Positions 30,045 to 41,800 of a stretch of DNA of 64,000 nt are shown here, one piece after another. A program made the translations under genes and the position numbers. The notes under the pieces were generated by a model. The model searched no databases, was not told the DNA's origin, and saw nothing but the letters and a program-made list of their open reading frames with translations. Source of the DNA: the human T2T-CHM13v2.0 reference genome, Homo sapiens; the NCBI RefSeq assembly GCF_009914755.1, contig NC_060947.1; one strand, written 5' to 3'. Each line of letters begins with the position of its first letter. Position 1 is the stretch's first letter.

Positions 30045-32317
30045 TCTATTAGTTTGTTTTCATGCTGCTGATAAAGATGTACCCGAAACTGGGAACAAAA
30101 AGAGGTTTAATTGGACTTACAGTTCCACATGGCTCAGGAGGCCTCAGAATTATGGCAGGAGGTAAAAGGCACTTCTTACACAGCGGGAGCAAGAGAAAAA
30201 TGAGGAAGAAACAAAATCAGAAACCCCTGATAAGCCCATAAGATTTTGTGAGTCTTATTCACTATCACAAGAATAACACGGGAGAGACCAATCCCTGATT
30301 CAATTACCTCCCTCTGGGTCCTTACCATAACACGTGGGAATTCTGGGAGATACAATTCGAGTTGAGATTTTGGTGGGGACATGGCCAAACCATATCATTT
30401 CACCCCTGGCCCCTCCAAATCTCATTTCCTCACATTTTAAAACCAATTATGTCTTCCCAGCAATCCCCCAAAGTCTTAACTCATTTCAGCATCAACCCAA
30501 AAGTCCACAGTCCAAAGTCTCATATGAGACAAGGCAAGTCCCTTCTGCCTATGAGCTTGTAAAATCAAAATCAATCTAGTTACTTCCTGGATAAAACGGG
30601 GGTGTAGGTATTGGGTAAATACAACCATTCCAAATGGGAGAAATTGGCCAAAACAAAGGGGTTACAGGGCCCATGCAAGTCTGAAATCCAGTGGGGCAGT
30701 CAAATTTTAAAGCTCCAAAATGATCTCCTTCAACTCTAGGTCTCACATCCAGGTCATGCAGATGCAAAAAGTGGGTTCCCACAGTCTTGGGCAGCTCTGC
30801 CCTGTGGCTTTGCAGGGTACAGCCTCCCTCCTGGCTGCTTACATGGGTTGGCATTATCTGTGGCTTTTCCACGCACACAGTGCAAGCCGTCAGTGGATCT
30901 ATCATTCTGGGGTCTGGAGGATGGTGGCCCTCTTCTCACAGCTCCACTAGGTGGTGCCTCAGTAGGGACTCTGTGTGAGGGTTCTGACCCCACATTTCCC
31001 TTCTGCACTGCCCTAGCAGAGGTTCTCCATGAGGGCCCCACCCCTGCAGCAAACTTTTACCTGGGCATCCAAGCGTTTCTTACATCTTCTGAAATATAGG
31101 CAGAGGTTCCCAAACCTCAGTTCTTGACTTCTGTACACCTGCATGCTCAACACCACGTGGAAGCTGCCAAGGCTTGCGGCTTCCACCCTCTGAAGCCACA
31201 GCCCAAGCTGTATGTTGGCCCCTTTCAGCCACAGCTGGAGCAGCTGGGACACAGGGCACCAAGTGCCCAGGCTGCACACAGCATGGGGGCCTTGTGCCCA
31301 GCCCACAAGAACACTTTTCCTCCTGGGCCTCCAGGCCTGTGATGGGAGGGACTACTGGGAAGTTCTCCGACATGGCCTGGAGACATTTTTCCCATGGTCT
31401 TGGGGATTAACATTAGGCTGCTTGCTACTTATGCAAATTTCTGCAGCTGGCTTGAATTTCTTCCCATAAAATGGGTTTTTCTTTCTTATCGCATAGTCAG
31501 CCTGCAAATTTTCCAAACTTTTATGCTCTGCTTCTCTTATAAAACTGAATGCCTTTAACAGCATCCAAGTTACCTCTTGAATGCTTTGCTGCTTAGAAAT
31601 TTCTTCTGCCAGATACCTTAAATCATCTCTCTGAAGTTCAAAGTTCTACAAATCTCTAGGGCAGGGGCAAAATGCTGCCAGTCTCTTTGCCAAAACATAA
31701 CAAGCGTCACCTTTGCTCCAGTTCCCAACAAGTCCCTCATCTCCATCTGAGACCACCTCAGCCTGAATTTTATTTTCCATATCACTATCAACATTTTGGG
31801 CAAAGCCATTCAACAAGTGTCTAGGAAGTTCCAAACTTTCCCACATTTTCCTGTCTTCTTCTGAGCCCTGTTCCAACCTCTGCCTGTTACCCAGTTTCAA
31901 AGTCGCTTCCATATTTTGGGGTATCTTTTGAGCAACACCCCACTCTACCGGTACCAATTTACTGTATTAGTTTGTTTTCACGCTGCTGATAAAGACATAC
32001 CCGAGACTGGGAAGAAAAAGAGGTTTAATTGGACTTACAGTTCCACATGGCTGGGGAGGCCTCAGAATCATGGCAGGAGGTAAAAGGCACTTCTTACATG
32101 GCAGTGACAATATAAAAATGAGGAAGAAGCAAAAATAGAACCCCCTGATAAACCCATCAGATTTTGTGAGACTTATTCACTATCATGAGAATAGCACTGG
32201 AAAGACTGGCCCCCATGATTCAATTACCTCCCCCTGGGTCCCTCTCACAACATGTGGGAATTCTGGGAGTTACAATTCGAGTTGAGACTTGGGTGGGGAC
32301 ACAGTCAAACCATATCA
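30045..32317 (-). mobile_element. Full-length THE1A MaLR element (LTR-internal-LTR)
   Basis: LTRs at 30045-30397 and 31963-32317 flank a ~1.57 kb THE1 internal region; 5-bp TSD cgtcc / agtcc. Confidence 0.93.
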
Positions 32318-34270
32318 AGTCCCATCAATGGAATGTGAGTGGAAATGATGTGAGCATTTCCTCACCATGGATTTTAAGAAGGAAATCAACTACTTCTATT
32401 CTCCTTTTTCTCATTTGCTGGCTGGATGCAGGCTGTGGTGAGGCCCTATCATGATGAGGCAGGAAGTGATGGTTAGTTAATGAGAAACAACAACAAAAGG
32501 TAGTGTAGTTTTCTCATTATTTTTTCTATTATAGAAAGCAATTTGACATTCCATTAATTTCTAATATTTATTGACATTGTGGAAATTCAGGTTTTCTTCT
32601 CCCTGTAAAGCTAATTAGCTCTCCTTGCCAGCTCCTATAGTTCTAAAAATCCTCAAGGGGTATTTCCTATGTCCTGAATTTTTGGGGTTTTCCTGTGATT
32701 CTTCCAGTTGTTGCTGCCATTCTAAGCTGTATTGCCAGGCATTTAATGTCCTCTAATTAACTGTTCTCTCTAATTTCCTAACTCCACCTATACACAGGGT
32801 TTTCATGATGTCAGATCTGAGTAGTAGTCAAAAGTTTAAATCCATGTTAGAAAGGAGGATATTTTCCTCTCTTTAGGTTATGCTTTATTAATGGGTTCCT
32901 TACACTGGAGCATTACAGAGTTTACTTAAAGACAGTTATTTCCTGGATATGTATAAACCTGCCTTTGCTATGACAGATATACAGTTGAGGGTTTGTGTTG
33001 GAATAGGCACAAATAGGAGTTCTATAATAATTTCAGTGTTGCTATTAGAATATCTATACTTCCCTAATGGCAAGGCATTGTTCATGGGCTAGGGTCCTTG
33101 TGCGTGACTTGGTTTTTCTTCAAGATTAATTCTCTTGAAGTAGACCCCACCCCAAATATGACCTGAAAATATTCTTGGGCCAGGCCTCCCCACCAGTTCT
33201 GCAAATGTACCCTGTCTCAAGAAGTAGAGACAGGCTGAGATCTTTCCCATAGCATTTTCAGGCTACACTGAAAATAGACATCTGTTGGGCCAATTTCACC
33301 ATATAGTTCACCAGACCAACCTCAGCCTAGTTATTCCTGACTACAGGGGACTTTAATTTCTGTGTACAACCTTTGAAACTTTGAGATAGAAGAAGGGGAT
33401 ACATTATAAGAAAACACAGGGTTTGGCTCAGCCTCGACCAAAAGAGAAGTCTCAGAAGGAAGCTTTGCTTGAGGCCCATAAAGGACAGTATAGAGGCAAG
33501 TAAAACTAAATAGGCAAAAACAAGTCCATGACCATGGTGATTGAGACAGACAAGAGGAGAACAGGCAAGTGATAGGCTGGTGTGCAAGTTCATGAGCATG
33601 CTTGGGGGTGGTGGGTGGGATTTGGAAGAAAACAGTGAGTATGATGAGTGAGCACAGTTGCATCTGTATCATGGACTTAATGCTTATGGATTATTTGGCT
33701 CTGACATTTAGATTTCAGTGGTAAGTCAGGGTTACACAGGTGCTAGTGTAGGCACTGAGGAGTAGAAAGATGACTGTTGCAATTTATTGAACTAGAATCA
33801 ATTATAGGAGGAAATAAATAGTGCTTAGCAGTCAGAGTATCTTATTTCAATCTTTTATTTGCTCAAAGGTTTTAAAAATAATAATCTATTTGATACATAC
33901 CCATACAAAGCTAACATATGAAAAGCTTAAAGTAGGGCCTTTATCACTTCAATACATACTAACCAATACAAGACCATGTTTTCTAAGAGTACTGACAACA
34001 AATTGTCCAACACACATTTTAAAGTCTCACACAGTAAAATTTGTCAGCTTTTGGTAGAACCATTCCTCTGTCAGTAAATATCTTGGAATAAAGATCCTAG
34101 CACCTGCAGAATTACCACAGAAGCTTGTGCAAATGTGATTTTGGACATAATTATAAAACAGTAAAGGGGATTGGTGGCTGTATTGGTGAGATGAGCCCTA
34201 AAATATTTCTCAGAGACTGAAGCACAGGTAAAGAAAGGCAATGGGAATAGAATTCATCAGGATGGTGAGT

Positions 34271-35190
34271 GTATTCTGTTCCTACTCCTGCTATTGTTAC
34301 CAACCAACACAGTGGGTGGGTTCAGTCGTTTGACATCAACCCCATGATCACAGCAAGGATTTAGTAAGGGGATTTATTACTTGTAACGAAGTAATGAGAC
34401 CACCAGGGATACTTCCCAAAATAATGTCTCCCTGAGATGGGGGCTGGGTCAGGTTTTCATAAGCATTGGGTATTAAGGGTATATCCTGATGGCTTTGGAT
34501 CTTACAATGAGGTGATGCTGAGAGGCATGATCTGACTGGATCCTGCCATCCAGTGTCCACTTCTTAATTCAGCCCTGGTCCTAATTCAAAACACTTACAT
34601 TCTCCCTCTGATTGCATGCTTGGTTCATCTGAGGATGCTCAGGTAACATGATCTGAGGGTCCCCGGCAACTGAAAGACAATGCACAACTTTGTTATATAA
34701 AAGTTAAACCAGATAGGTCTGGTGCTGCTACCCTGTAACCAGTTACCATACATGGAATGGCTTAAAATAATACCAATTTATTATTATCTTACAGTCCTGG
34801 AAGGTTGGAAATCTTCAAAGGGCTTCACCACACTAAAATCAAGATGTTGCCAGAGGAGCTATCCCTCTGGCATTTCTAGGGAAGAATCTGTTTCTTTGTC
34901 TTTTCCAGGTTCTGGAGACAGCCTGTATTTCTTGGATCTTGGCTTCCTTCCATCTTCAAAGCCAACGATGACCAGTGTAGACTTTCTATGCTGCTTCAAT
35001 CTGACATGGAGTCCCTGCCTTCCACATCTAAAGTACCCTTGCAATTACATTGGCCAAGATAACCCAGAATAATCTTAAATTAAACTCAGCTGAATAGCAA
35101 TCTTAATGATCCTTTGTCAGGTAATATAAAATGGTACATGTTCTGGAGAACAGGACATGGACATCTTTAGGGGACCGTTACCTGCCAAAC
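34271..35190 (-). mobile_element. MLT1D-like LTR interrupted by another ERV-type LTR (~34295-34730)
   Basis: MLT1 motifs resume at 34732 (ctgtaaccagttacca...tggcttaaaa...ggacatggacatctttaggg). The family of the insert was not identified. Confidence 0.6.
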
Positions 35191-36369
35191 ACAATGAGGG
35201 TAGTGTCTAAATGAGTTTTCAAATGGACAACAGTAACAACATCAACTTGGTGTTTAACCACATTGCTCTGTCTGTCCCATGCAGGAAGCAGGGAAAGGAG
35301 GGGCTCAAGAGTAGAGGACGGATGTGGGGGTGAAAGAAGAGGATTCAAATGAGCCAGGTTGCTTTGTCTCGGGGAGGGGGGTGCACGGTGGGATCCTCTC
35401 CTGAGAATGACTGCTGAAACAATAGGTAGTTGTGGCAGGTGGCGGAGATCCAAGCTGGTTTGATACCAGCCACATTTCCACACTGCCAAATATCATGGCA
35501 AGAGAAGACTTGACAGGGAACCGAAGAGAAGCCAGGACCATCCCTACCTGGCGGCATCAAAGAGAGAGGACTGTTATGACCTCCTGCGGGTCCTGACAGG
35601 GAAAGGTCCTCTTTTGGGGGCAACTGTGGGGACGGTGCAATGCCAACGTGAGCCACCATTTGAAATGAGAAACAGCGGTGTGGCAGAAAGAAATGAGTCT
35701 GGTGCAGACCAGTGGTTGGTTTCCTAGGGTTAGAGGTCTAGGTCTACCTTCTTTTAGAAGAGGGGCAGTGGTGAGTCCTTGATGGGAGCCCCCTGCCCCG
35801 GAGTTCACTTAAGAGCAGGTGTACCTTCCTCCCCTGCGTGGCTCCACGAAGCTGGGAAAGAAACGCACAGGACGACCACCCTAGAACCCCGGGCCTGTCT
35901 GGACTGAAATCGCCTCTCCCCTCCCACACTGCAGTGCTGACACCCCCTCTCCCATTAACATCCAGGAAGGAGGGTGAGCAGACTAGGGAGGGGGAGAGGG
36001 CAAACACCCAGCAGTCCTTATAGGGGGGCGGTTGGGGCGGGGGTGCAGACACACCAAGGGACGGTTTGGTATCCATCCGCTGCTCCCTCCAGCGCGGCTC
36101 TTCGCGACCTCGCGATCCTGTCCTCCGCCCGGCCCCGCAGCCGCCCGCCGGTGCCATATATTATAGCAGCGCCAGAAATGTGGTGGTCGTCGCCACGTTA
36201 GGGTCCGCGGGGTCCTCCTGAGGCAGCCTGGTGCCAACCCGCAGGCCCCGGCTGGGGCTCGTCCTGGCCCCGCCCACCTCTGGGTCGGAACTATGGTGGT
36301 TCTGTGAGGGGGGGCGTCCTGCACTTTCGCGCCGTATCCCTCCGCCCCCCTTCCCGACACCCTCGCGGA

Positions 36370-36550
36370 GAGCGGTTCTTGCCGCATCCTGCGCAGCCCC
36401 TGCCCAGTTTGGTGCAGAGGCGTGGGGGGCGGGACTCGTCTTTGCCATTCGGATCGCTGGGAAAGCGGTGGGAATCCAACTGAAGAGCAGCCAGAGGAGA
36501 GCTGAAGAGAGGAGGGGGAGGCCGATGACCTGGGCTCTGGGCCTCTGAAG
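36370..36550 (+). other. GPRASP1: Predicted first 5'UTR exon (start approximate), ending at a GC-type donor
   Basis: ctgaag|GCAAGT matches the donor consensus except C at +2. Confidence 0.6.
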
Positions 36551-37129
36551 GCAAGTAGGGGTGCGTGAGGTGGGGGGCCGTGGTGTGGGGGTGGTCCGCC
36601 AGGGTGGACCGGCTGGCAACCTGCCCCCCGGACCCTGACAGCCTGGCAACGAGGAGACGATCCGTTCGGAGCCGGGCGCTAGAGAGAGGTGCGCAGTGCC
36701 CGAGATCCCTGGCTATGGGGAGGCGGTGACTGGTGCGGGCCAGGCCGGACCAAGGGCTGAGGGGCTGGCTCCAGAGGCACCGTCAGATCGTCTGGAGGAG
36801 AACCGCGCTGACCGCTTCCCAGCCAGCTTTGCAGGCGCCCGCGCGCAGCCCTCGACGGTTTCGGTACCGAGAGACGGCTGTGGGGGAGGCTCCTGCGGGA
36901 GAAATGGCCAAACGGGAGCCGTGTTGGGGGGCGCCCGGGAGGCAGTTGGGGGGCGCCTGGGGGGGCCCTCGTGGGCCAGCGTCCCAGCTCTGTGCCTAGC
37001 CCGTGGGAGGTGGGTCGCGTTCGCTGCTCCGGGCCCTGATTCCGGAAAGGGGCCTGTGGGGCCCCGTGTCCTGGGTGCTGTCCCTTCCCACAGACTCCAG
37101 GTTGATGTCAAAGTCTGTCTGCGCGGTAG

Positions 37130-37220
37130 GTCTGGCGTATTCTGACAGGACACAGTGAGCATCTGTAGAGGAGAGGCTTGAAATAAAGGAGGAGCACGAA
37201 TATTCCCTGGATTTCTGGAG
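37130..37220 (+). other. GPRASP1: Predicted 5'UTR exon
   Basis: cggtag|gtctgg ... ctggag|gtgtgt; alternative acceptors near 37093 and 37100. Confidence 0.6.
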
Positions 37221-37581
37221 GTGTGTGGGGATGTGGGGTGGGTGCCAAACACTGGAGAACCGAATCGGGGTGGGGGACTGCGACCAGAGCAGGTCAGGCA
37301 TCCAGGAGCACCTCTTAATCTTCCCCTCTCTAATGGTGTTCCAGGCGCTTCCCCCACCTTCCATCCCCATCTGCCTCCCCCACCGTCCTAAACTGGGGGC
37401 TTGAAAGGGTGAGCTTTGGAGGTAGGGGTGATGAGGGAGACATACTGACAAGTACCAATTCACGACCTGTTTTCTAGAATATGTGGCGCCCTTCCCCCAT
37501 TTTCTGCTGCGCAGAGCAAGGGGATGTGGCGCACCTAGTGGTGAATCCTCAGAATTGGAGAAGGGAGTAATGAGAAGAGTA

Positions 37582-37589
37582 TGACGTCA
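37582..37589. promoter_or_regulatory. Perfect palindromic CRE (TGACGTCA), intronic
   Basis: Exact motif with its CpG intact, just downstream of the CpG island. Confidence 0.45.
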
Positions 37590-37785
37590 AGAGAAGGAGT
37601 TGTTATCTCTAGAACCTTGAAGCAGGGCCTAAACAAAACGAGAATATTCCACCAGCAAAACCCCGAATGTTGAAAGACAGATATCAATAATATGGGGATT
37701 CTTATCCTTAGCGTTGGTCTCTCTACCAAGGGCTTTACTGCCACCCCTCATTTCCTGTCTTACTTTTTCATCTGTTTGTCCATAG

Positions 37786-37853
37786 GCCTGCTTTAAGGCT
37801 GGCCAGTTCTGCAAGAAAGGCAAGGAGGAGGAGACTGGCTCACACCTCTGGAG
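37786..37853 (+). other. GPRASP1: Predicted 5'UTR exon
   Basis: Polypyrimidine tract, cccatag|gcctgc ... ctggag|gttggt. Confidence 0.7.
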
Positions 37854-38175
37854 GTTGGTGAGAAGGGGGAGGGGGCAATTCAGGGGACAGTTGGAGAAAG
37901 AGAGCATGGCAGGTGGCTTTGAGACCAGTGGGTGCAGACCCACTTCTACTCTGCTGGATTTGCACAGTGCCAGCATCCTTTTTATTTCTTGCAGGGGACA
38001 TGAGATAGGTGTAGGTTGTGTTGTGACTCAGAAAGACCTGAGAGCAGGGACCAGGACACAGGAAACCATAGATACATTGAACCCTTGAATGGGAAGACAG
38101 ATATTTGTCACAGGAGCCAGAGTGCTTGCCTATCTACCATTCTCCATTCTCTCCTGTATGTTTACTTGTCTGTAG

Positions 38176-38253
38176 GACCCCCTTCTGTCAGCTGTGGGGC
38201 TTGACACTACTTGAACAAGAAAAGGAGGGGGAAACTGCACCACATAAGTGAAG
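38176..38253 (+). other. GPRASP1: Predicted 5'UTR exon
   Basis: ttgtctgtag|gacccc ... gtgaag|gttggt. Confidence 0.7.
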
Positions 38254-38534
38254 GTTGGTATGAGAGTGGGTATACTTTTGGGCGGGGTAGTGGAGACCAG
38301 CATGGGTCCGGGAGTGCTTAGGGTCCAATCTGGGGACTTCTTGGCCCCTCCCATTGCCGACACACTTTCCCACCATTGTTGGACCTGTTTAATAGGAGGC
38401 AGCCGGTCCAGAGAGACTTTCTCAAAGCCCAGCTGTCCCACCTAGCATTCAACATCAGTCTCACTGCATATGTCTCTGCATGGGATGACATAATTGGAAG
38501 AGACTCAAAGCCCCATTTCATTCTCTCTCCCTAG

Positions 38535-38868
38535 ATCCACCTCCAGTGGCTGCTCTGCTGGTGGTGGGGTTGCTGCTGACAACCACCCTCAACGGGTCTG
38601 CACCCATCCAGGAAATCTCTGTCTTCCTCAAGCTTGGTTGTGCCTGTTCTACACTCTATCTGTATTATTGAATTACTGACTGAGACTGTGTTTGGGAAGG
38701 AGGCTGAGTGACTACTGGACTGGATATTGACTCTAACTCTTGTTTCCAAGCTTATATCCTCAATCACCTAAAGATCAGAGTGTGAAGAAACAAACCTGTG
38801 ACAGATCTGTGGTTGAGGTTTAGACTGGGGGAGGAGTATAGTACTGGACTTTCTTTGTAACTTGTACC
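38535..38868 (+). other. GPRASP1: 5'UTR portion of the terminal coding exon
   Basis: ttctctctccctag|atccac acceptor; no ATG until ACC-ATG at 38869. Confidence 0.75.
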
Positions 38869-41800
38869 ATGACTGGGGCAGAGATTGAGTCTGGTGCCCA
38901 GGTCAAGCCTGAAAAGAAGCCTGGGGAAGAGGTTGTAGGTGGGGCTGAGATAGAGAATGATGTCCCTCTGGTGGTCAGACCCAAGGTTAGGACCCAGGCC
39001 CAGATAATGCCTGGGGCAAGGCCCAAGAATAAGTCCAAGGTTATGCCTGGAGCAAGCACCAAAGTTGAGACAAGTGCAGTGGGTGGGGCACGCCCTAAGA
39101 GTAAGGCCAAGGCAATACCTGTTTCACGATTTAAGGAAGAAGCCCAGATGTGGGCTCAGCCCAGGTTTGGTGCTGAAAGATTGTCTAAGACAGAGAGAAA
39201 CTCCCAGACCAATATCATAGCCTCTCCACTTGTCAGTACTGATTCTGTCTTGGTTGCTAAAACAAAGTACCTGTCTGAGGATAGAGAACTGGTTAATACA
39301 GACACTGAGAGCTTTCCTAGAAGGAAGGCCCATTACCAAGCAGGATTCCAGCCTTCTTTTAGGTCAAAGGAGGAGACCAATATGGGGTCCTGGTGCTGTC
39401 CTAGGCCTACATCCAAACAAGAAGCCTCTCCTAATTCTGATTTCAAATGGGTAGACAAATCTGTGAGTTCCTTGTTCTGGAGTGGAGATGAGGTCACTGC
39501 AAAATTTCATCCTGGGAATAGGGTAAAAGACAGTAACAGATCCATGCACATGGCCAATCAAGAGGCTAATACCATGTCTAGGTCCCAAACTAACCAGGAG
39601 CTCTATATTGCATCTAGTTCTGGTTCTGAGGATGAGTCTGTTAAGACACCCTGGTTCTGGGCCAGAGATAAAACCAATACCTGGTCTGGGCCCAGGGAAG
39701 ATCCCAATAGCAGGTCCAGGTTTAGGTCTAAGAAAGAAGTCTATGTTGAATCAAGTTCTGGATCTGAGCATGAAGACCATTTGGAGTCCTGGTTTGGGGC
39801 TGGAAAGGAGGCCAAATTCAGGTCCAAAATGAGAGCTGGGAAGGAGGCCAATAACAGGGCCAGGCACAGGGCCAAGCGAGAAGCTTGCATTGATTTCATG
39901 CCTGGGTCTATAGATGTAATTAAAAAAGAGTCCTGTTTCTGGCCTGAAGAAAATGCTAATACCTTTTCAAGGCCCATGATCAAGAAAGAGGCCAGGGCCA
40001 GAGCAATGACAAAGGAAGAGGCCAAAACCAAGGCCCGAGCCAGGGCCAAGCAAGAAGCCAGGTCAGAGGAGGAAGCCCTCATTGGGACCTGGTTCTGGGC
40101 TACAGACGAGTCCAGCATGGCAGATGAAGCCAGCATAGAGTCCAGTCTACAAGTGGAGGATGAGTCCATAATTGGGAGTTGGTTCTGGACTGAAGAAGAG
40201 GCCAGTATGGGGACTGGGGCTAGCAGTAAATCCAGACCAAGGACTGATGGGGAGCGTATTGGTGATTCCTTATTTGGGGCTAGGGAAAAGACCAGTATGA
40301 AAACTGGGGCTGAGGCCACCTCTGAATCTATACTAGCAGCTGATGATGAACAGGTCATTATTGGTTCCTGGTTCTGGGCTGGTGAAGAGGTCAACCAAGA
40401 GGCTGAGGAAGAGACCATTTTTGGGTCGTGGTTCTGGGTCATTGATGCGGCCAGTGTGGAATCTGGTGTTGGGGTCAGCTGTGAGTCCAGGACAAGGTCT
40501 GAGGAAGAAGAGGTCATTGGTCCCTGGTTTTGGTCTGGAGAACAAGTTGATATAGAGGCTGGAATCGGAGAAGAGGCCAGGCCAGGAGCTGAAGAAGAGA
40601 CAATATTCGGGTCCTGGTTTTGGGCTGAAAACCAGACCTATATGGATTGTAGGGCTGAAACTAGCTGTGACACCATGCAAGGGGCTGAGGAGGAGGAGCC
40701 CATTATTGGGTCCTGGTTTTGGACCAGAGTAGAAGCTTGTGTGGAGGGTGATGTCAACAGCAAGTCTAGCCTGGAGGACAAGGAAGAGGCCATGATACCA
40801 TGTTTTGGAGCCAAAGAAGAGGTCAGTATGAAGCATGGGACTGGTGTCAGATGCAGATTTATGGCAGGGGCTGAGGAGACCAATAATAAGTCTTGCTTCT
40901 GGGCAGAAAAAGAACCCTGTATGTATCCTGCCGGTGGAGGAAGTTGGAAGTCTAGGCCAGAGGAGGAAGAGGACATTGTCAATTCGTGGTTCTGGTCCAG
41001 AAAATACACAAAGCCAGAGGCCATTATAGGGTCCTGGTTATGGGCTACAGAAGAGAGTAATATAGATGGGACTGGAGAAAAGGCCAAGTTACTGACTGAA
41101 GAGGAGACCATAATCAATTCCTGGTTCTGGAAAGAAGATGAAGCCATTTCAGAGGCTACTGACAGAGAAGAGTCCAGGCCAGAAGCTGAGGAGGGGGACA
41201 TTATTGGTTCTTGGTTCTGGGCTGGAGAAGAGGACAGACTAGAGCCAGCTGCTGAGACTAGAGAAGAAGACAGGCTAGCAGCTGAGAAAGAAGGTATTGT
41301 TGGGTCCTGGTTTGGGGCCAGAGAAGAGACCATTAGAAGAGAGGCTGGGTCTTGCAGCAAATCCAGTCCTAAAGCTGAAGAGGAAGAAGTCATTATTGGG
41401 TCCTGGTTCTGGGAAGAAGAGGCCAGTCCGGAGGCAGTGGCAGGAGTCGGCTTTGAGTCAAAGCCTGGGACTGAGGAGGAAGAAATCACTGTTGGGTCCT
41501 GGTTCTGGCCTGAAGAAGAAGCCAGTATACAGGCTGGATCTCAGGCAGTAGAGGAAATGGAGTCAGAGACTGAAGAGGAAACCATTTTTGGGTCCTGGTT
41601 CTGGGATGGAAAAGAAGTCAGTGAAGAAGCAGGACCATGCTGTGTATCCAAGCCAGAGGATGATGAAGAGATGATTGTTGAGTCCTGGTTCTGGTCTAGA
41701 GACAAAGCCATTAAGGAAACTGGAACTGTGGCCACCTGTGAGTCCAAGCCAGAAAATGAGGAAGGGGCCATTGTTGGGTCTTGGTTTGAGGCTGAAGATG

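Larger units (their letters stand above)
35830..37280 (+). promoter_or_regulatory. GPRASP1: CpG-island promoter of GPRASP1
   Basis: Sharp rise in GC and CpG content; GC boxes (ggggcgg at 36034-36040, ccccgcccac ~36268); AT-rich TATA-like atatattata at 36156-36165. Confidence 0.9.

Noticed and set aside
32460-34260. Possible ancient retroviral internal remnant or unique conserved sequence
   Set aside because: No convincing motif or ORF could be established by eye; needs a Dfam or tBLASTx search.
36016-36025. CArG (SRF) box ccttataggg
   Set aside because: It deviates from CC(A/T)6GG, and a single short motif is not supportable.
35744-37463. Multiple 100-214 aa ORFs in the CpG island
   Set aside because: Stop-poor GC-rich sequence; low-complexity P/G/R/A products with no recognisable domain.
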